Positions 45,900-58,868 of a DNA stretch of 64,000 nt are shown piece by piece. The stretch lies in the NCBI RefSeq assembly GCF_017348835.2, contig NZ_CP071375.1, one strand, 5' to 3'. The stretch's first letter is position 1; each line of letters starts with the position of its first letter. The notes under the pieces are model-generated. The model had not been told where the DNA came from. It did not search any database and was given only the letters and a program-made list of their open reading frames with translations. Source of the DNA: Escherichia coli. Its GTDB lineage: Bacteria; Pseudomonadota; Gammaproteobacteria; Enterobacterales; Enterobacteriaceae. Position numbers and translations under genes: made by a program.

Positions 45900-46144
45900 A
45901 CTCTTTCTCCTTTGAGGGGCAGCCACAAAAAAAATCGACGGATTATACCTCCTTTCTTCAAGGCGGCAATATTATTTTCGTTGACTTTAGTCAAAATGAT
46001 AACGGTTTGAGATAAAGTTATTTTATATTCAAATGGTTATGAAAGAAGATTATTCCATCCGAAAACTAACCTTTGCCCTGGCACAAGTCTTCTTTCGCCG
46101 CGCGCCTGGGGAAAAGACGTGCAAAAAGGTTGTGTAAAGCAGTC

Positions 46145-46160
46145 TCGCAAACGTTTGCTT
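46145..46160 (+). promoter_or_regulatory. PurR operator (PUR box) of purMN
   Basis: TCGCAAACGTTTGCTT contains the perfect palindrome GCAAACGTTTGC, matches the PUR-box consensus and lies about 65 nt upstream of the purM start. Confidence 0.75.
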
Positions 46161-46205
46161 TCCCTGTTAGAATTGCGCCGAATTTTATTTTTCTACCGCA
46201 AGTAA

Positions 46206-47260
<1,055 letters not shown>

Positions 47261-47261
<1 letters not shown>

Positions 47262-47899
47262 TGAATATTGTGGTGCTTATTTCCGGCAACGGAAGTAATT
47301 TACAGGCAATTATTGACGCCTGTAAAACCAACAAAATTAAAGGCACCGTACGGGCAGTTTTCAGCAATAAGGCCGACGCGTTCGGCCTTGAACGCGCCCG
47401 CCAGGCGGGTATTGCAACGCATACGCTCATCACCAGCGCGTTTGACAGTCGTGAAGCCTATGACCGGGAGTTGATTCATGAAATCGACATGTACGCACCC
47501 GATGTGGTCGTGCTGGCTGGTTTTATGCGCATTCTCAGCCCGGCGTTTGTCTCCCACTATGCCGGGCGTTTGCTGAACATTCACCCTTCTCTGCTGCCGA
47601 AATATCCCGGATTACACACCCATCGTCAGGCGCTGGAAAATGGCGATGAAGAGCACGGTACATCGGTGCATTTCGTCACCGATGAACTGGACGGTGGCCC
47701 GGTTATTTTACAGGCGAAAGTCCCGGTATTTGCTGGTGATACGGAAGATGACGTCACCGCCCGCGTGCAAACCCAGGAACACGCCATTTATCCACTGGTG
47801 ATTAGCTGGTTTGCCGATGGTCGTCTGAAAATGCACGAAAACGCCGCGTGGCTGGATGGTCAACGTCTGCCGCCGCGGGGCTACGCTGCCGACGAATAA
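47261..47899 (+). CDS. purN: GAR transformylase
   Basis: 212-aa ORF whose start overlaps the purM stop (TAATG). Confidence 0.96.
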
Positions 47900-47916
47900 T
47901 GCCCCCGTAGTTAAAG

Positions 47917-47941
47917 CGCCAGCTCTGCCGCTGGCGTTTTT
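47917..47941 (+). terminator. Rho-independent terminator of purMN
   Basis: CGCCAGC / GCTGGCG stem with a 6-nt loop followed by TTTTT. Confidence 0.75.
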
Positions 47942-48070
47942 CAATTCACCTGTAAATCGCAAGCTCCAGCAGTTTTTTTCCCCCTTTTCTGGCATAGTTG
48001 GACATCTGCCAATATTGCTCGCCATAATATCCAGGCAGTGTCCCGTGAATAAAACGGAGTAAAAGTGGTA

Positions 48071-51683
<3,613 letters not shown>

Positions 51684-51689
51684 TGCTTT

Positions 51690-51716
51690 GCGGGCCGACG
51701 AGAAATGTCGACCCGC
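51690..51716. terminator. Bidirectional stem-loop between the convergent genes ppx and pdeF
   Basis: GCGGGCCGAC / GTCGACCCGC (9 of 10 positions paired) with a 7-nt loop, read directly. Confidence 0.5.
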
Positions 51717-51721
51717 ATTAT

Positions 51722-53965
51722 TCAGGCACTTTCGCGAATGGGTTCGATTTCATTCAGCGTATCAATTAACGGTTGCGGCTTACCAATAAGATAACCCTGC
51801 ATATAATCGATCCCCAAAGAGAGCACTGCCTCGCGGATCTCTTCGTTTTCAACGTACTCTGCCACTACCAGCATTTTCTTCATTCGCGCCAGGTGGCAAA
51901 TCGATGCCACTATCTGATAATCCAGACTATTTGACACAATATTGCGGATAAAACTGCCGTCAATTTTAAGCAGATCGGCATTCACATTTTTAAGCCGCGC
52001 ATAGCTGGCGTAGCCGGTGCCGAAATCATCAATCGCAATCTGGCAGCCTAATTCCTGAAGATGCTGCAAGGTGATTTGCGCCTGCTTAACATTGGTCAGA
52101 GCATTACTTTCGGTGACTTCAAAAATAAGTTGCCACGCTTCAATCTGATATTTAGCCAGCAACTGACTGACTTCAACAGGAAAACGAGCCTGACATACCG
52201 AGGTTGGAGACAGATTAATAGCAAAACGGTGAGCGGGCATCTTCGCTCTGTTTTCAGCCATAAATTGCAGCGTATGCTCAATGACCCACATGTCGATACT
52301 CGACGATAAACCAAATTCGTGCGCGACCGGCAAGAAGCTATCGGGGCTGATCAGTTCATCATTCTCACCTTTCATGCGCAGAAGAATTTCATGGTAAACA
52401 TCACCACGCATACCGGTAATTGGCTGGGCCATCAGGAAAAAATGGTTGTGTTCCAGCGCCTGCTGTAGTCGATTCATCATCGCGACTTTATCTTTCAATT
52501 CGCGTTGCAAATACATTGCCCCGCGACGCTGCATATTTTCCGGGGCGTTGGTCACGATGGAAAGTTCGGCGACCGTATTTAGCTCTCCCAGCAGCAGGTA
52601 GATATAATTCACTGGCGAGCGCACATAGCAGTAACTGACGCCAATCTGCGGTTGCATCGGCATGCCATCCCAAAAGAAACGAAATTGCTTGAGATGGCTA
52701 TCCAGTGCGGTAATGCGCTCCTGGTGCGATTCTGTATTCAGTCGCAGCGCGAGATCGTTACCCGAAAGCTGATAAACATCTTCACCCGGTTCCAGCAATG
52801 GTGACAGCCAGTGAGAAAGTTTTTGCTTGTATTGAATCCGCAGCATGATGCCATAGTTTTTAACCAGCATTTCCATGCCAGGGATGCGTAAATAACAAAG
52901 CGCAGACCAGGGGGCATCACGCAACGCGCGATTCAGGGCGCGAACATTTGGCAGATGAACCACCGGGTCCACATACGCAAGCCGCTGAATGCGTCTGACT
53001 ACCGTTCTCTGACGGGTTGCCAGTACAGCCATATAATTGACAATAAAAGAGAATACCAGATAACTGGAGGAGGTTATGGTCAGCTGCGTGGTATAGCCGG
53101 GATAAATGGGAATGTAATTTTGATAGCTGTGGATGCTGATCATCAACACGACCGCCCAGAGCAGTGAAATCAGCTTATAACCATAGCGCATCGCTCCCCA
53201 CATCATCAGGGGCAGCAATAATGACAAGGTATAATTGGTGCTAAAAATTGTGCTTTTTTCATTTAACGGCATGCATAACAGCAACAGTAAAGCACCTAAT
53301 GCCAGTAGCCAGAGTGCGAACTCTTTTTTGGTGACTTTGACATCAACCTGCTGTTTTAATTGCGAATAATAACTACGTAAATAAAACGGATTTCGAACTA
53401 CCCGAATGATGAAGTAGCACAGCGGGACACCAATCAGATTGCCCACCAGTAAGGCCTGATAATTGATTAAAGTCCCGAGGTTAAAAGGCATGACACCGAC
53501 CAGATTTTCTCTGCTCGCCAGTAATCCTACAAATGCAGCAAACTGGAAAAGTATCAGAAACAGCGTTGCAGGAAACACAATCTGCCAGAATATACGCTGG
53601 GAAATTAAACGGGTATCACCATGTGAAACGTTGTTACGCCGGGGAGTAAAGACCCTGTAACCGCCCCAACAGAGAATGATAATGATGATAAAATTAGCCG
53701 TTAATGAGAGCGTTTCGTAAAAACCCAGCTCTGCATATTTGCGGACAAAAATCCCTAAGGCGATCCCTGGCAATGCCGCCCAGCTGAAAAACATCATCAT
53801 GCTGATCATCAGTGCCAAAGGCAGATAAAAGAGAAAAACCTCACCGGAAGAAATATGCGCGAAAGTATTAATGTGGGCGAAAATAGGCAAGATTAAAGAA
53901 GGCAGGAACAGCGGAAGCCCCCACCATTTATCACGTATTTTTATATAAGTTGCATTCAGTTTCAT
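51722..53965 (-). CDS. pdeF: c-di-GMP phosphodiesterase PdeF/YfgF (MASE1 membrane domain, degenerate GGDEF, EAL)
   Basis: 747-aa ORF with an N-terminal polytopic region and a C-terminal EAL domain (EVTES...DDFGTGYAS), at the K-12 position. Confidence 0.93.
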   Translation of the reverse strand: MKLNATYIKIRDKWWGLPLFLPSLILPIFAHINTFAHISSGEVFLFYLPLALMISMMMFFSWAALPGIALGIFVRKYAELGFYETLSLTANFIIIIILCWGGYRVFTPRRNNVSHGDTRLISQRIFWQIVFPATLFLILFQFAAFVGLLASRENLVGVMPFNLGTLINYQALLVGNLIGVPLCYFIIRVVRNPFYLRSYYSQLKQQVDVKVTKKEFALWLLALGALLLLLCMPLNEKSTIFSTNYTLSLLLPLMMWGAMRYGYKLISLLWAVVLMISIHSYQNYIPIYPGYTTQLTITSSSYLVFSFIVNYMAVLATRQRTVVRRIQRLAYVDPVVHLPNVRALNRALRDAPWSALCYLRIPGMEMLVKNYGIMLRIQYKQKLSHWLSPLLEPGEDVYQLSGNDLALRLNTESHQERITALDSHLKQFRFFWDGMPMQPQIGVSYCYVRSPVNYIYLLLGELNTVAELSIVTNAPENMQRRGAMYLQRELKDKVAMMNRLQQALEHNHFFLMAQPITGMRGDVYHEILLRMKGENDELISPDSFLPVAHEFGLSSSIDMWVIEHTLQFMAENRAKMPAHRFAINLSPTSVCQARFPVEVSQLLAKYQIEAWQLIFEVTESNALTNVKQAQITLQHLQELGCQIAIDDFGTGYASYARLKNVNADLLKIDGSFIRNIVSNSLDYQIVASICHLARMKKMLVVAEYVENEEIREAVLSLGIDYMQGYLIGKPQPLIDTLNEIEPIRESA

Positions 53966-54316
53966 AGATGCTCAGCAGAATCCCCCACATCCTGAAGGAG
54001 GTGTATTCAGACAGGCATCCCACCTGACTTCGAATGATGATTATTCATCACTATAGAGAGCATTGATTCTAAGTGTCATATGAAAGTTCCAATTGATATA
54101 TATCAAACAAAATAACCCTGATTAATGAATTATTACGTTTATCATGTTAATTCATCATTATTACATCATCATTGTAAATAATTAAATTAACTTCCATAAC
54201 ATTAAAATATGTATCCACTGACGCTTTTTTACATAACGAAGAATTGACCATTTTGTCCTGTTGTGCCTTAATGTAAGTACCGTCCACAGCGTGGGACATA
54301 CTTCAAGGAACCTTTT

Positions 54317-54508
54317 GTGAGTCAGGCAACCAGTATGCGAAAACGACACCGATTTAACAGTCGCATGACCCGTATCGTACTGCTCATCAGCTTTATCTTC
54401 TTCTTTGGCCGTTTTATCTACTCGTCCGTCGGTGCCTGGCAGCACCATCAGAGCAAAAAAGAAGCTCAGCAATCCACACTCTCCGTCGAATCACCGGTAC
54501 AACGTTAG
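54317..54508 (+). CDS. yfgG: Small membrane protein YfgG
   Basis: 63-aa ORF (MSQATSMRKRHRFNSRMTRIVLLISFIFFFGRF...) divergent from pdeF as in K-12. Confidence 0.8.
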   Translation: MSQATSMRKRHRFNSRMTRIVLLISFIFFFGRFIYSSVGAWQHHQSKKEAQQSTLSVESPVQR

Positions 54509-54601
54509 CGGTTACCTTCTCCACTTTCACAGAACATAACGGCACTTTGAACCGCCCCGGAAATCCTGGAGACTAAACTCCCTGAGAAAGAGGTAAACAG
54601 G

Positions 54602-54928
54602 ATGACTAAAAATACTCGTTTTTCCCCCGAAGTCCGTCAGCGGGCGATTCGTATGGTTCTGGAAAGTCAGGATGAATATGACTCACAGTGGGCGGCAATT
54701 TGTTCCATTGCCCCAAAGATTGGCTGTACGCCGGAGACTCTGCGTGTCTGGGTTCGCCAGCATGAGCGGGATACCGGGAGTGGTGATGGTGGACTCACCA
54801 CCGCTGAACGTCAGCGTCTGAAAGAGCTGGAACGTGAAAATCGTGAACTGCGCCGCAGTAACGATATCCTTCGCCAGGCTTCCGCTTATTTTGCGAAGGC
54901 GGAGTTCGACCGCCTCTGGAAAAAATAA
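54602..54928 (+). CDS. IS3-family transposase OrfA (HTH/leucine-zipper)
   Basis: 108-aa [26 protein letters not shown]... ending at an A6 run followed by TAA. Confidence 0.95.
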   Translation: MTKNTRFSPEVRQRAIRMVLESQDEYDSQWAAICSIAPKIGCTPETLRVWVRQHERDTGSGDGGLTTAERQRLKELERENRELRRSNDILRQASAYFAKAEFDRLWKK

Positions 54929-55815
54929 TGCCACTGCTGGATAAGCTGCGTGAGCAGTACGGGGTCGGACCGGTATGCAGCGAACTGCATATTGCCCCGT
55001 CAACGTATTACCATTGTCAGCAACAGCGACATCATCCGGATAAACGCAGTGCCCGTGCGCAGCACGATGACTGGCTGAAGAAAGAGATACAGCGCGTATA
55101 CGATGAAAATCACCAGGTATACGGTGTGCGTAAAGTCTGGCGTCAGTTGTTACGGGAAGGTATCAGAGTGGCCAGATGCACTGTGGCACGTCTCATGGCA
55201 GTTATGGGACTTGCCGGTGTTCTCCGGGGTAAAAAGGTCCGCACTACCGTCAGCCGGAAAGCCGTTGCCGCATGCGACCGCGTAAACCGTCAGTTCGTGG
55301 CAGAACGTCCAGACCAGTTGTGGGTGGCTGATTTTACCTGGGTAAGCACATGGCAGGGCTTCGTTTATGTGGCGTTCATCATTGATGTGTTCGCCGGATA
55401 CATCGTGGGATGGCAGGTCTCATCATCCATGGAAACAACATTCGTGCTGGATGCACTGGAGCAGGCGTTGTGGGCCCGTCGGCCGTCCGGCACAATCCAT
55501 CACAGTGATAAAGGTTCTCAGTATGTATCGCTGGCCTACACGCAGCGGCTTAAGGAAGCCGGATTACTGGCATCAACAGGGAGTACTGGCGACTCGTATG
55601 ACAACGCGATGGCTGAGAGCATCAATGGTCTTTACAAAGCGGAGGTAATACACCGTAAGAGCTGGAAAAACCGGACAGAAGTGGAACTGGCCACACTAAC
55701 GTGGGTGGACTGGTATAACAATCGACGATTGCTGGAAAGGCTGGGCCATATTCCTCCGGCAGAAGCAGAAAAAGCTTATTATGCTTCCATCGGAAATAAT
55801 GATCTGGCAGCCTGA
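54928..55815 (+). CDS. IS3-family transposase OrfB (DDE catalytic domain), in the -1 frame relative to OrfA
   Basis: 295-aa ORF with DDE residues in WVADFT, HHSDKGSQY and NAMAESIN. The -1 frame is open from 54862, so an OrfAB fusion by programmed frameshifting at the A6 run is possible. Confidence 0.95.
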   Translation: MPLLDKLREQYGVGPVCSELHIAPSTYYHCQQQRHHPDKRSARAQHDDWLKKEIQRVYDENHQVYGVRKVWRQLLREGIRVARCTVARLMAVMGLAGVLRGKKVRTTVSRKAVAACDRVNRQFVAERPDQLWVADFTWVSTWQGFVYVAFIIDVFAGYIVGWQVSSSMETTFVLDALEQALWARRPSGTIHHSDKGSQYVSLAYTQRLKEAGLLASTGSTGDSYDNAMAESINGLYKAEVIHRKSWKNRTEVELATLTWVDWYNNRRLLERLGHIPPAEAEKAYYASIGNNDLAA

Positions 55816-55857
55816 GTTCACAGATAAAACACTCTCCAGGAAACCCGGGGCGGTTCA

Positions 55858-55964
55858 AACTCGTACAGTGGCGTACCACTGGGGTCCATTCCTTCAAGTC
55901 TCAGGGAAGCCTCTGCTTTGCGGAAGCCCTCAATGCGTAACCGTGTATAGGGAGTCCTAGACAT
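55858..55964 (-). pseudogene. 5' fragment (35 codons) of a VbhA-like (Fic-associated) antitoxin gene, cut by the IS
   Basis: The reverse strand reads AAGGAAAAAC ATG TCT AGG ... = MSRTPYTRLRIEGFRKAEASLRLEGMDPSGTPLYE, running straight into the IS right end. The A.ASLRLEG..PS motif is typical of VbhA-family antitoxins. Confidence 0.55.
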
Positions 55965-56045
55965 GTTTTTCCTTTGAGTTGCAGGAGTGAGGTTCGCTCA
56001 GTGAAAGCGTCAGCTCACGCAACCTCGTTAACTGACGCGCGTGAT

Positions 56046-57446
56046 TCAAGATTTATTATTACCCGATAAGCTATCACCGGCAAAATCATCATGTTCGCGG
56101 TTATCCCGACGAGTAGCTGTTTGTTTACTTATCTGAGTCGCCAACTCCTCTCCAATAGTTTGTTGGGCACGAGAAGAACTGCTACTTCGCTTCATTCTCT
56201 GGTACTCAGCAGCTCCGTTAGCCATGCTGCTTCCCATATGGCTTGCCATGCGGCCAGCACGCGAGAATGAAGCAAACCCCTGACTTCCTCCACTGGCGCT
56301 ACCTGAACTGCTCCCTGCAGACGAACCACTGTAACCGCCTGAGGTTTGGCCTCCAGAAGTATCTACAGAACCGGTATCTTCCCCGCCGCCAAATCCTCCA
56401 CCGGAACCGCCTCCGCTGCCTGAACCAGATTCTTCGTCCATGGCAGCTTGCGCAGACTCGAATGCTGCCTTTAATGCTGAAGCTCCGCCGCTGACTTGAG
56501 CTGATGCCCCCATTGCCATTGCTCCAGCACCGCTGATGGCAGTAGCGGCTGCGCCGGTAATCATACCCGCCCCAAATCCACCAATCCCTTGTAAAGAAGC
56601 CCCTCCTACAACACCTGATAACAACAGTGGTAGCTTATTAGTTAATACTAACAGGATAATTGACGCCAGAAGCAAAACTATAAGACTATTAAGATCAGGA
56701 ACATCATCTTTAATAAGAGAAAAATATTGATCTATAAATGATTGTCCAATCCCAATAATTAATGTCATCGTGAATAATTGAATGCCAATCGATAAAACAG
56801 TTCGTAAGTAATTAATTGCTATATCAGAGGTCCATTTCGAACCACCAAACCCAAGCAATATAACTCCTGCATAACATAACACCCATGCAGAAACCAACAT
56901 GATTAGCATATTTATCGCTATAAGGGACATCACTACCAAAACGATTATCGCGACTGTTATCATAATGGTGGATATCATTGGCGACCAAATTGATGCGGCT
57001 GAACTGATCTTGGTTAATATCGCAAACGCCATATCAACTATGCTTGAGGGAGAAATACCAATACTTATTTCTAAAGCGTTTGCTGCAAGTTGTCTCATTG
57101 AATTAATTATGGATTGCGATATGGATGGACCGTTGATTAAAAGATAATAAAAAAAACCAATGACGGCAAAAAAGCGAACTATTTCAGCAAGTACCCCTGT
57201 CAACCCTTCCCCTTGCATCGCCATCATACCAAATGTCCAAACCATACTTATTAATACCAGCCCCCAGAAGAGCCAATTTGCATAGTCAGCAATTACTGCT
57301 GTCCATGTACTGGCTACTTGTTGAAACTTATCTAATAAAGTATCAAGTAGCCCGCTACTATCTAATTGACCAGCATAGGCATTAATAGAAAAGAAAAGTA
57401 TGATACCTAAAAAGGTGAGCTTACTTACTATTTTCATGATTACCAT
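56046..57446 (-). CDS. trbL: TrbL/VirB6-family type IV secretion membrane protein with a Gly/Ser-rich C-terminal tail
   Basis: 466-aa ORF with a signal peptide, multiple TM segments and trbJ-trbK-trbL synteny. The low-complexity tail reads GSGSGGGSGGGFGGGEDTGS.... Confidence 0.8.
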   Translation of the reverse strand: MVIMKIVSKLTFLGIILFFSINAYAGQLDSSGLLDTLLDKFQQVASTWTAVIADYANWLFWGLVLISMVWTFGMMAMQGEGLTGVLAEIVRFFAVIGFFYYLLINGPSISQSIINSMRQLAANALEISIGISPSSIVDMAFAILTKISSAASIWSPMISTIMITVAIIVLVVMSLIAINMLIMLVSAWVLCYAGVILLGFGGSKWTSDIAINYLRTVLSIGIQLFTMTLIIGIGQSFIDQYFSLIKDDVPDLNSLIVLLLASIILLVLTNKLPLLLSGVVGGASLQGIGGFGAGMITGAAATAISGAGAMAMGASAQVSGGASALKAAFESAQAAMDEESGSGSGGGSGGGFGGGEDTGSVDTSGGQTSGGYSGSSAGSSSGSASGGSQGFASFSRAGRMASHMGSSMANGAAEYQRMKRSSSSSRAQQTIGEELATQISKQTATRRDNREHDDFAGDSLSGNNKS

Positions 57447-57613
57447 TCTCGTTTAGGGCTTGGTTTATTATTACTCCGTAGAGCACATTTATCGTATTTA
57501 TGTTCATCAAATTTATTATCTGGCATCGATAAACAATCTTTATCATTTTTATCGCAAGAACATATGGCCAATAAACTGATCAGAATAAATACAATCAAAA
57601 AATTATCTTTCAT
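57440..57613 (-). CDS. Small lipoprotein in the TrbK (entry-exclusion) position
   Basis: The track ORF 57440..57631 is trimmed to an ATG at 57613 preceded by GGTGAGGAA, giving MKDNFLIVFILISLLAICSCDKND... with a signal peptide plus Cys. The TrbK assignment is positional only, because I see no sequence similarity to RP4 TrbK. Confidence 0.55.
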   Translation of the reverse strand: MKDNFLIVFILISLLAICSCDKNDKDCLSMPDNKFDEHKYDKCALRSNNKPSPKREW

Positions 57614-57624
57614 TCTGCGTTTCC

Positions 57625-58419
57625 TCACCAAATTCGCTTCGGGCTTGGTGTATTCTCTCCAGCTAACGCTTTTTCATCAGCGGCTATCTGTTGTGATTCT
57701 TTATCTGCCTGAGCCTGTGCCAGTGTTGCTGCAGCGTTTTGTTGGGCTACCAGAAGTGAGCGGATTTGCAGTAACTGATTTGTCTGTGCACTGGCAAGCT
57801 GGTTTGCCGCCTGAATAGCTTCCATTTGCCCTTGTGCGCCGCTTGCCTGAGTTTGTAATTCGGCAAGATTATCAGCATCGCTCTGCAGGGTGTTCTGCTG
57901 CTCGTCAATTACCTTAAATACTGCGTCATTGGCCTTTTTACGCGCCCCTGAGCTATTCTGTTCAGCTTCACGCAGTGCACTAATTTCAGACGCGGTACAT
58001 TCAACATTGCTGTTAAAGCAAGACGATGTCCTGTAGTAGTTAACATCCTGATAGCGTTTCAGGTACGCATCGAGACTCCCGGCCTGATTCTTGTAGTAAT
58101 TAAGGGTATCCTGCACCTGCAACAATTTATTAATTGTTGAATTTGCCTGGTCCCAGATATAGGCCGCAGGAGCTACGGTGTTCTGCAGCATGTTTTCATA
58201 CTGCTGCAGCTGCGTCTGGTACTGCTGGATTTGTTTAGTCACAGCCTGAACGTTGTTAACTGCGCTGATTGTGGTCTGAACCACATTAGTGCCATCAATA
58301 ACGGGAATTCCGGCCTTCACCGGTAATGCCATGACGGACGCCACGAAAGGAACTATTAAAGCTTTTTTAGCGGCTAAAATCCCTCTTTGTGATGAAACCA
58401 CTCGGAACTTTAAATTCAT
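57625..58419 (-). CDS. trbJ: TrbJ/VirB5-family type IV secretion protein
   Basis: 264-aa ORF with a strong RBS (AAGAGGTGA), a signal peptide and the coiled-coil-rich Q/N-rich sequence typical of P-type TrbJ. Confidence 0.8.
   Translation of the reverse strand: MNLKFRVVSSQRGILAAKKALIVPFVASVMALPVKAGIPVIDGTNVVQTTISAVNNVQAVTKQIQQYQTQLQQYENMLQNTVAPAAYIWDQANSTINKLLQVQDTLNYYKNQAGSLDAYLKRYQDVNYYRTSSCFNSNVECTASEISALREAEQNSSGARKKANDAVFKVIDEQQNTLQSDADNLAELQTQASGAQGQMEAIQAANQLASAQTNQLLQIRSLLVAQQNAAATLAQAQADKESQQIAADEKALAGENTPSPKRIW
58366..58378. promoter_or_regulatory. KorB-operator-like palindrome TTTAGCGGCTAAA inside the 5' end of trbJ
   Basis: An exact 13-mer matching the IncP O_B consensus TTTAGCSGCTAAA lies 41-53 nt downstream of the trbJ ATG. 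Confidence 0.6.
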
Positions 58420-58462
58420 TTGCTCACCTCTTTTTCAACAGATTAGTAATATTTAACACTCT

Positions 58463-58476
58463 GTCTGTTAACAGAC
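58463..58476. promoter_or_regulatory. Perfect 14-bp palindrome GTCTGTTAACAGAC between traJ-like and trbJ (candidate operator or promoter-overlapping site)
   Basis: Read directly. It lies 44-57 nt upstream of the trbJ ATG and contains a TTAACA -35-like hexamer. Confidence 0.3.
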
Positions 58477-58499
58477 GCAGGTATATAGGAAACCACACA

Positions 58500-58853
58500 T
58501 TATTTATCCAAGATTTTATCCATAATGTTCCTTAGTTCTTGCCGAGTTGATTCTATTTTCGCAAGCAAGGTTCTTATCAGTGTGGGTGAAAAATCAACTG
58601 TTCGAGGATCATTTGCGAGCCATAATTTAAGTAATCCGCCAAGTCTTCCAAGATCAGCATTTACTCGGCTAAGTTCATTAACCTGTTTTATATCTACGAT
58701 AGAATCAACCTGATAACCCATTGCAACTCTACGAACAAAACAGGCAACACTTAATCCAGATGCTTCTGCATTTTCTTGGATGAGAATTTTTTCTTCGGGT
58801 AAACAATAAACTTTTATTGGCGTACTATTTTTTCTAGTCTGAGTAACTTTCAT
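58500..58853 (-). CDS. traJ: TraJ-like oriT-binding relaxosome accessory protein (IncP TraJ / MobC-type RHH)
   Basis: The track ORF 58500..58865 is placed at an ATG at 58853 preceded by GGAGAG. TPIKVYCLPEEK...VNADLGRLGGLLKLWLANDPRT...LLAKIE is colinear with RP4 TraJ as I recall it (PPIKVYCLPDER...INGDLGRLGGLLKLWLTDDPRT...LLAKIE). Confidence 0.85.
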   Translation of the reverse strand: MKVTQTRKNSTPIKVYCLPEEKILIQENAEASGLSVACFVRRVAMGYQVDSIVDIKQVNELSRVNADLGRLGGLLKLWLANDPRTVDFSPTLIRTLLAKIESTRQELRNIMDKILDK

Positions 58854-58868
58854 ATAGCTCTCCATACA

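Larger units (their letters stand above)
54548..55857 (+). mobile_element. IS629-like insertion sequence (IS3 family), 1310 bp, apparently intact
   Basis: The termini TGAACCGCCCCGGAAATCCTGGAG ... CTCCAGGAAACCCGGGGCGGTTCA form imperfect inverted repeats with TG...CA ends. The two overlapping ORFs are recognisable as IS629/IS1203-type OrfA and OrfB. Confidence 0.95.

Noticed and set aside
43413-46010. Long + strand ORFs 43413..44111 and 45105..46010 overlapping hda, uraA and upp
   Set aside because: They are antisense to three highly conserved genes and I recognise no motifs. They are rejected as artefacts.
54182-54472. 96-aa - strand ORF overlapping yfgG
   Set aside because: It is antisense to the recognised small gene yfgG and extends into an AT-rich intergenic region with no RBS.
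54545-55860. A clean 3-bp target-site duplication for the IS
   Set aside because: With the canonical TG...CA ends the flanks are CTT and AAC. ACT/ACT appears only if both ends are shifted outward by 1 bp. Given the truncated gene on the right flank I do not accept this as proof of a simple insertion.
55622-55897. 91-aa - strand ORF crossing the right end of the IS
   Set aside because: It runs antisense through transposase orfB and across the IS terminus, in a different frame from the truncated VbhA-like stub. It is an artefact of the junction.
56250-56560. Repetitive GGN/AGC-rich DNA at the 3' end of trbL as a possible tandem-repeat or CRISPR-like locus
   Set aside because: It is in-frame low-complexity coding sequence (a Gly/Ser-rich tail) without regular repeat-spacer periodicity.
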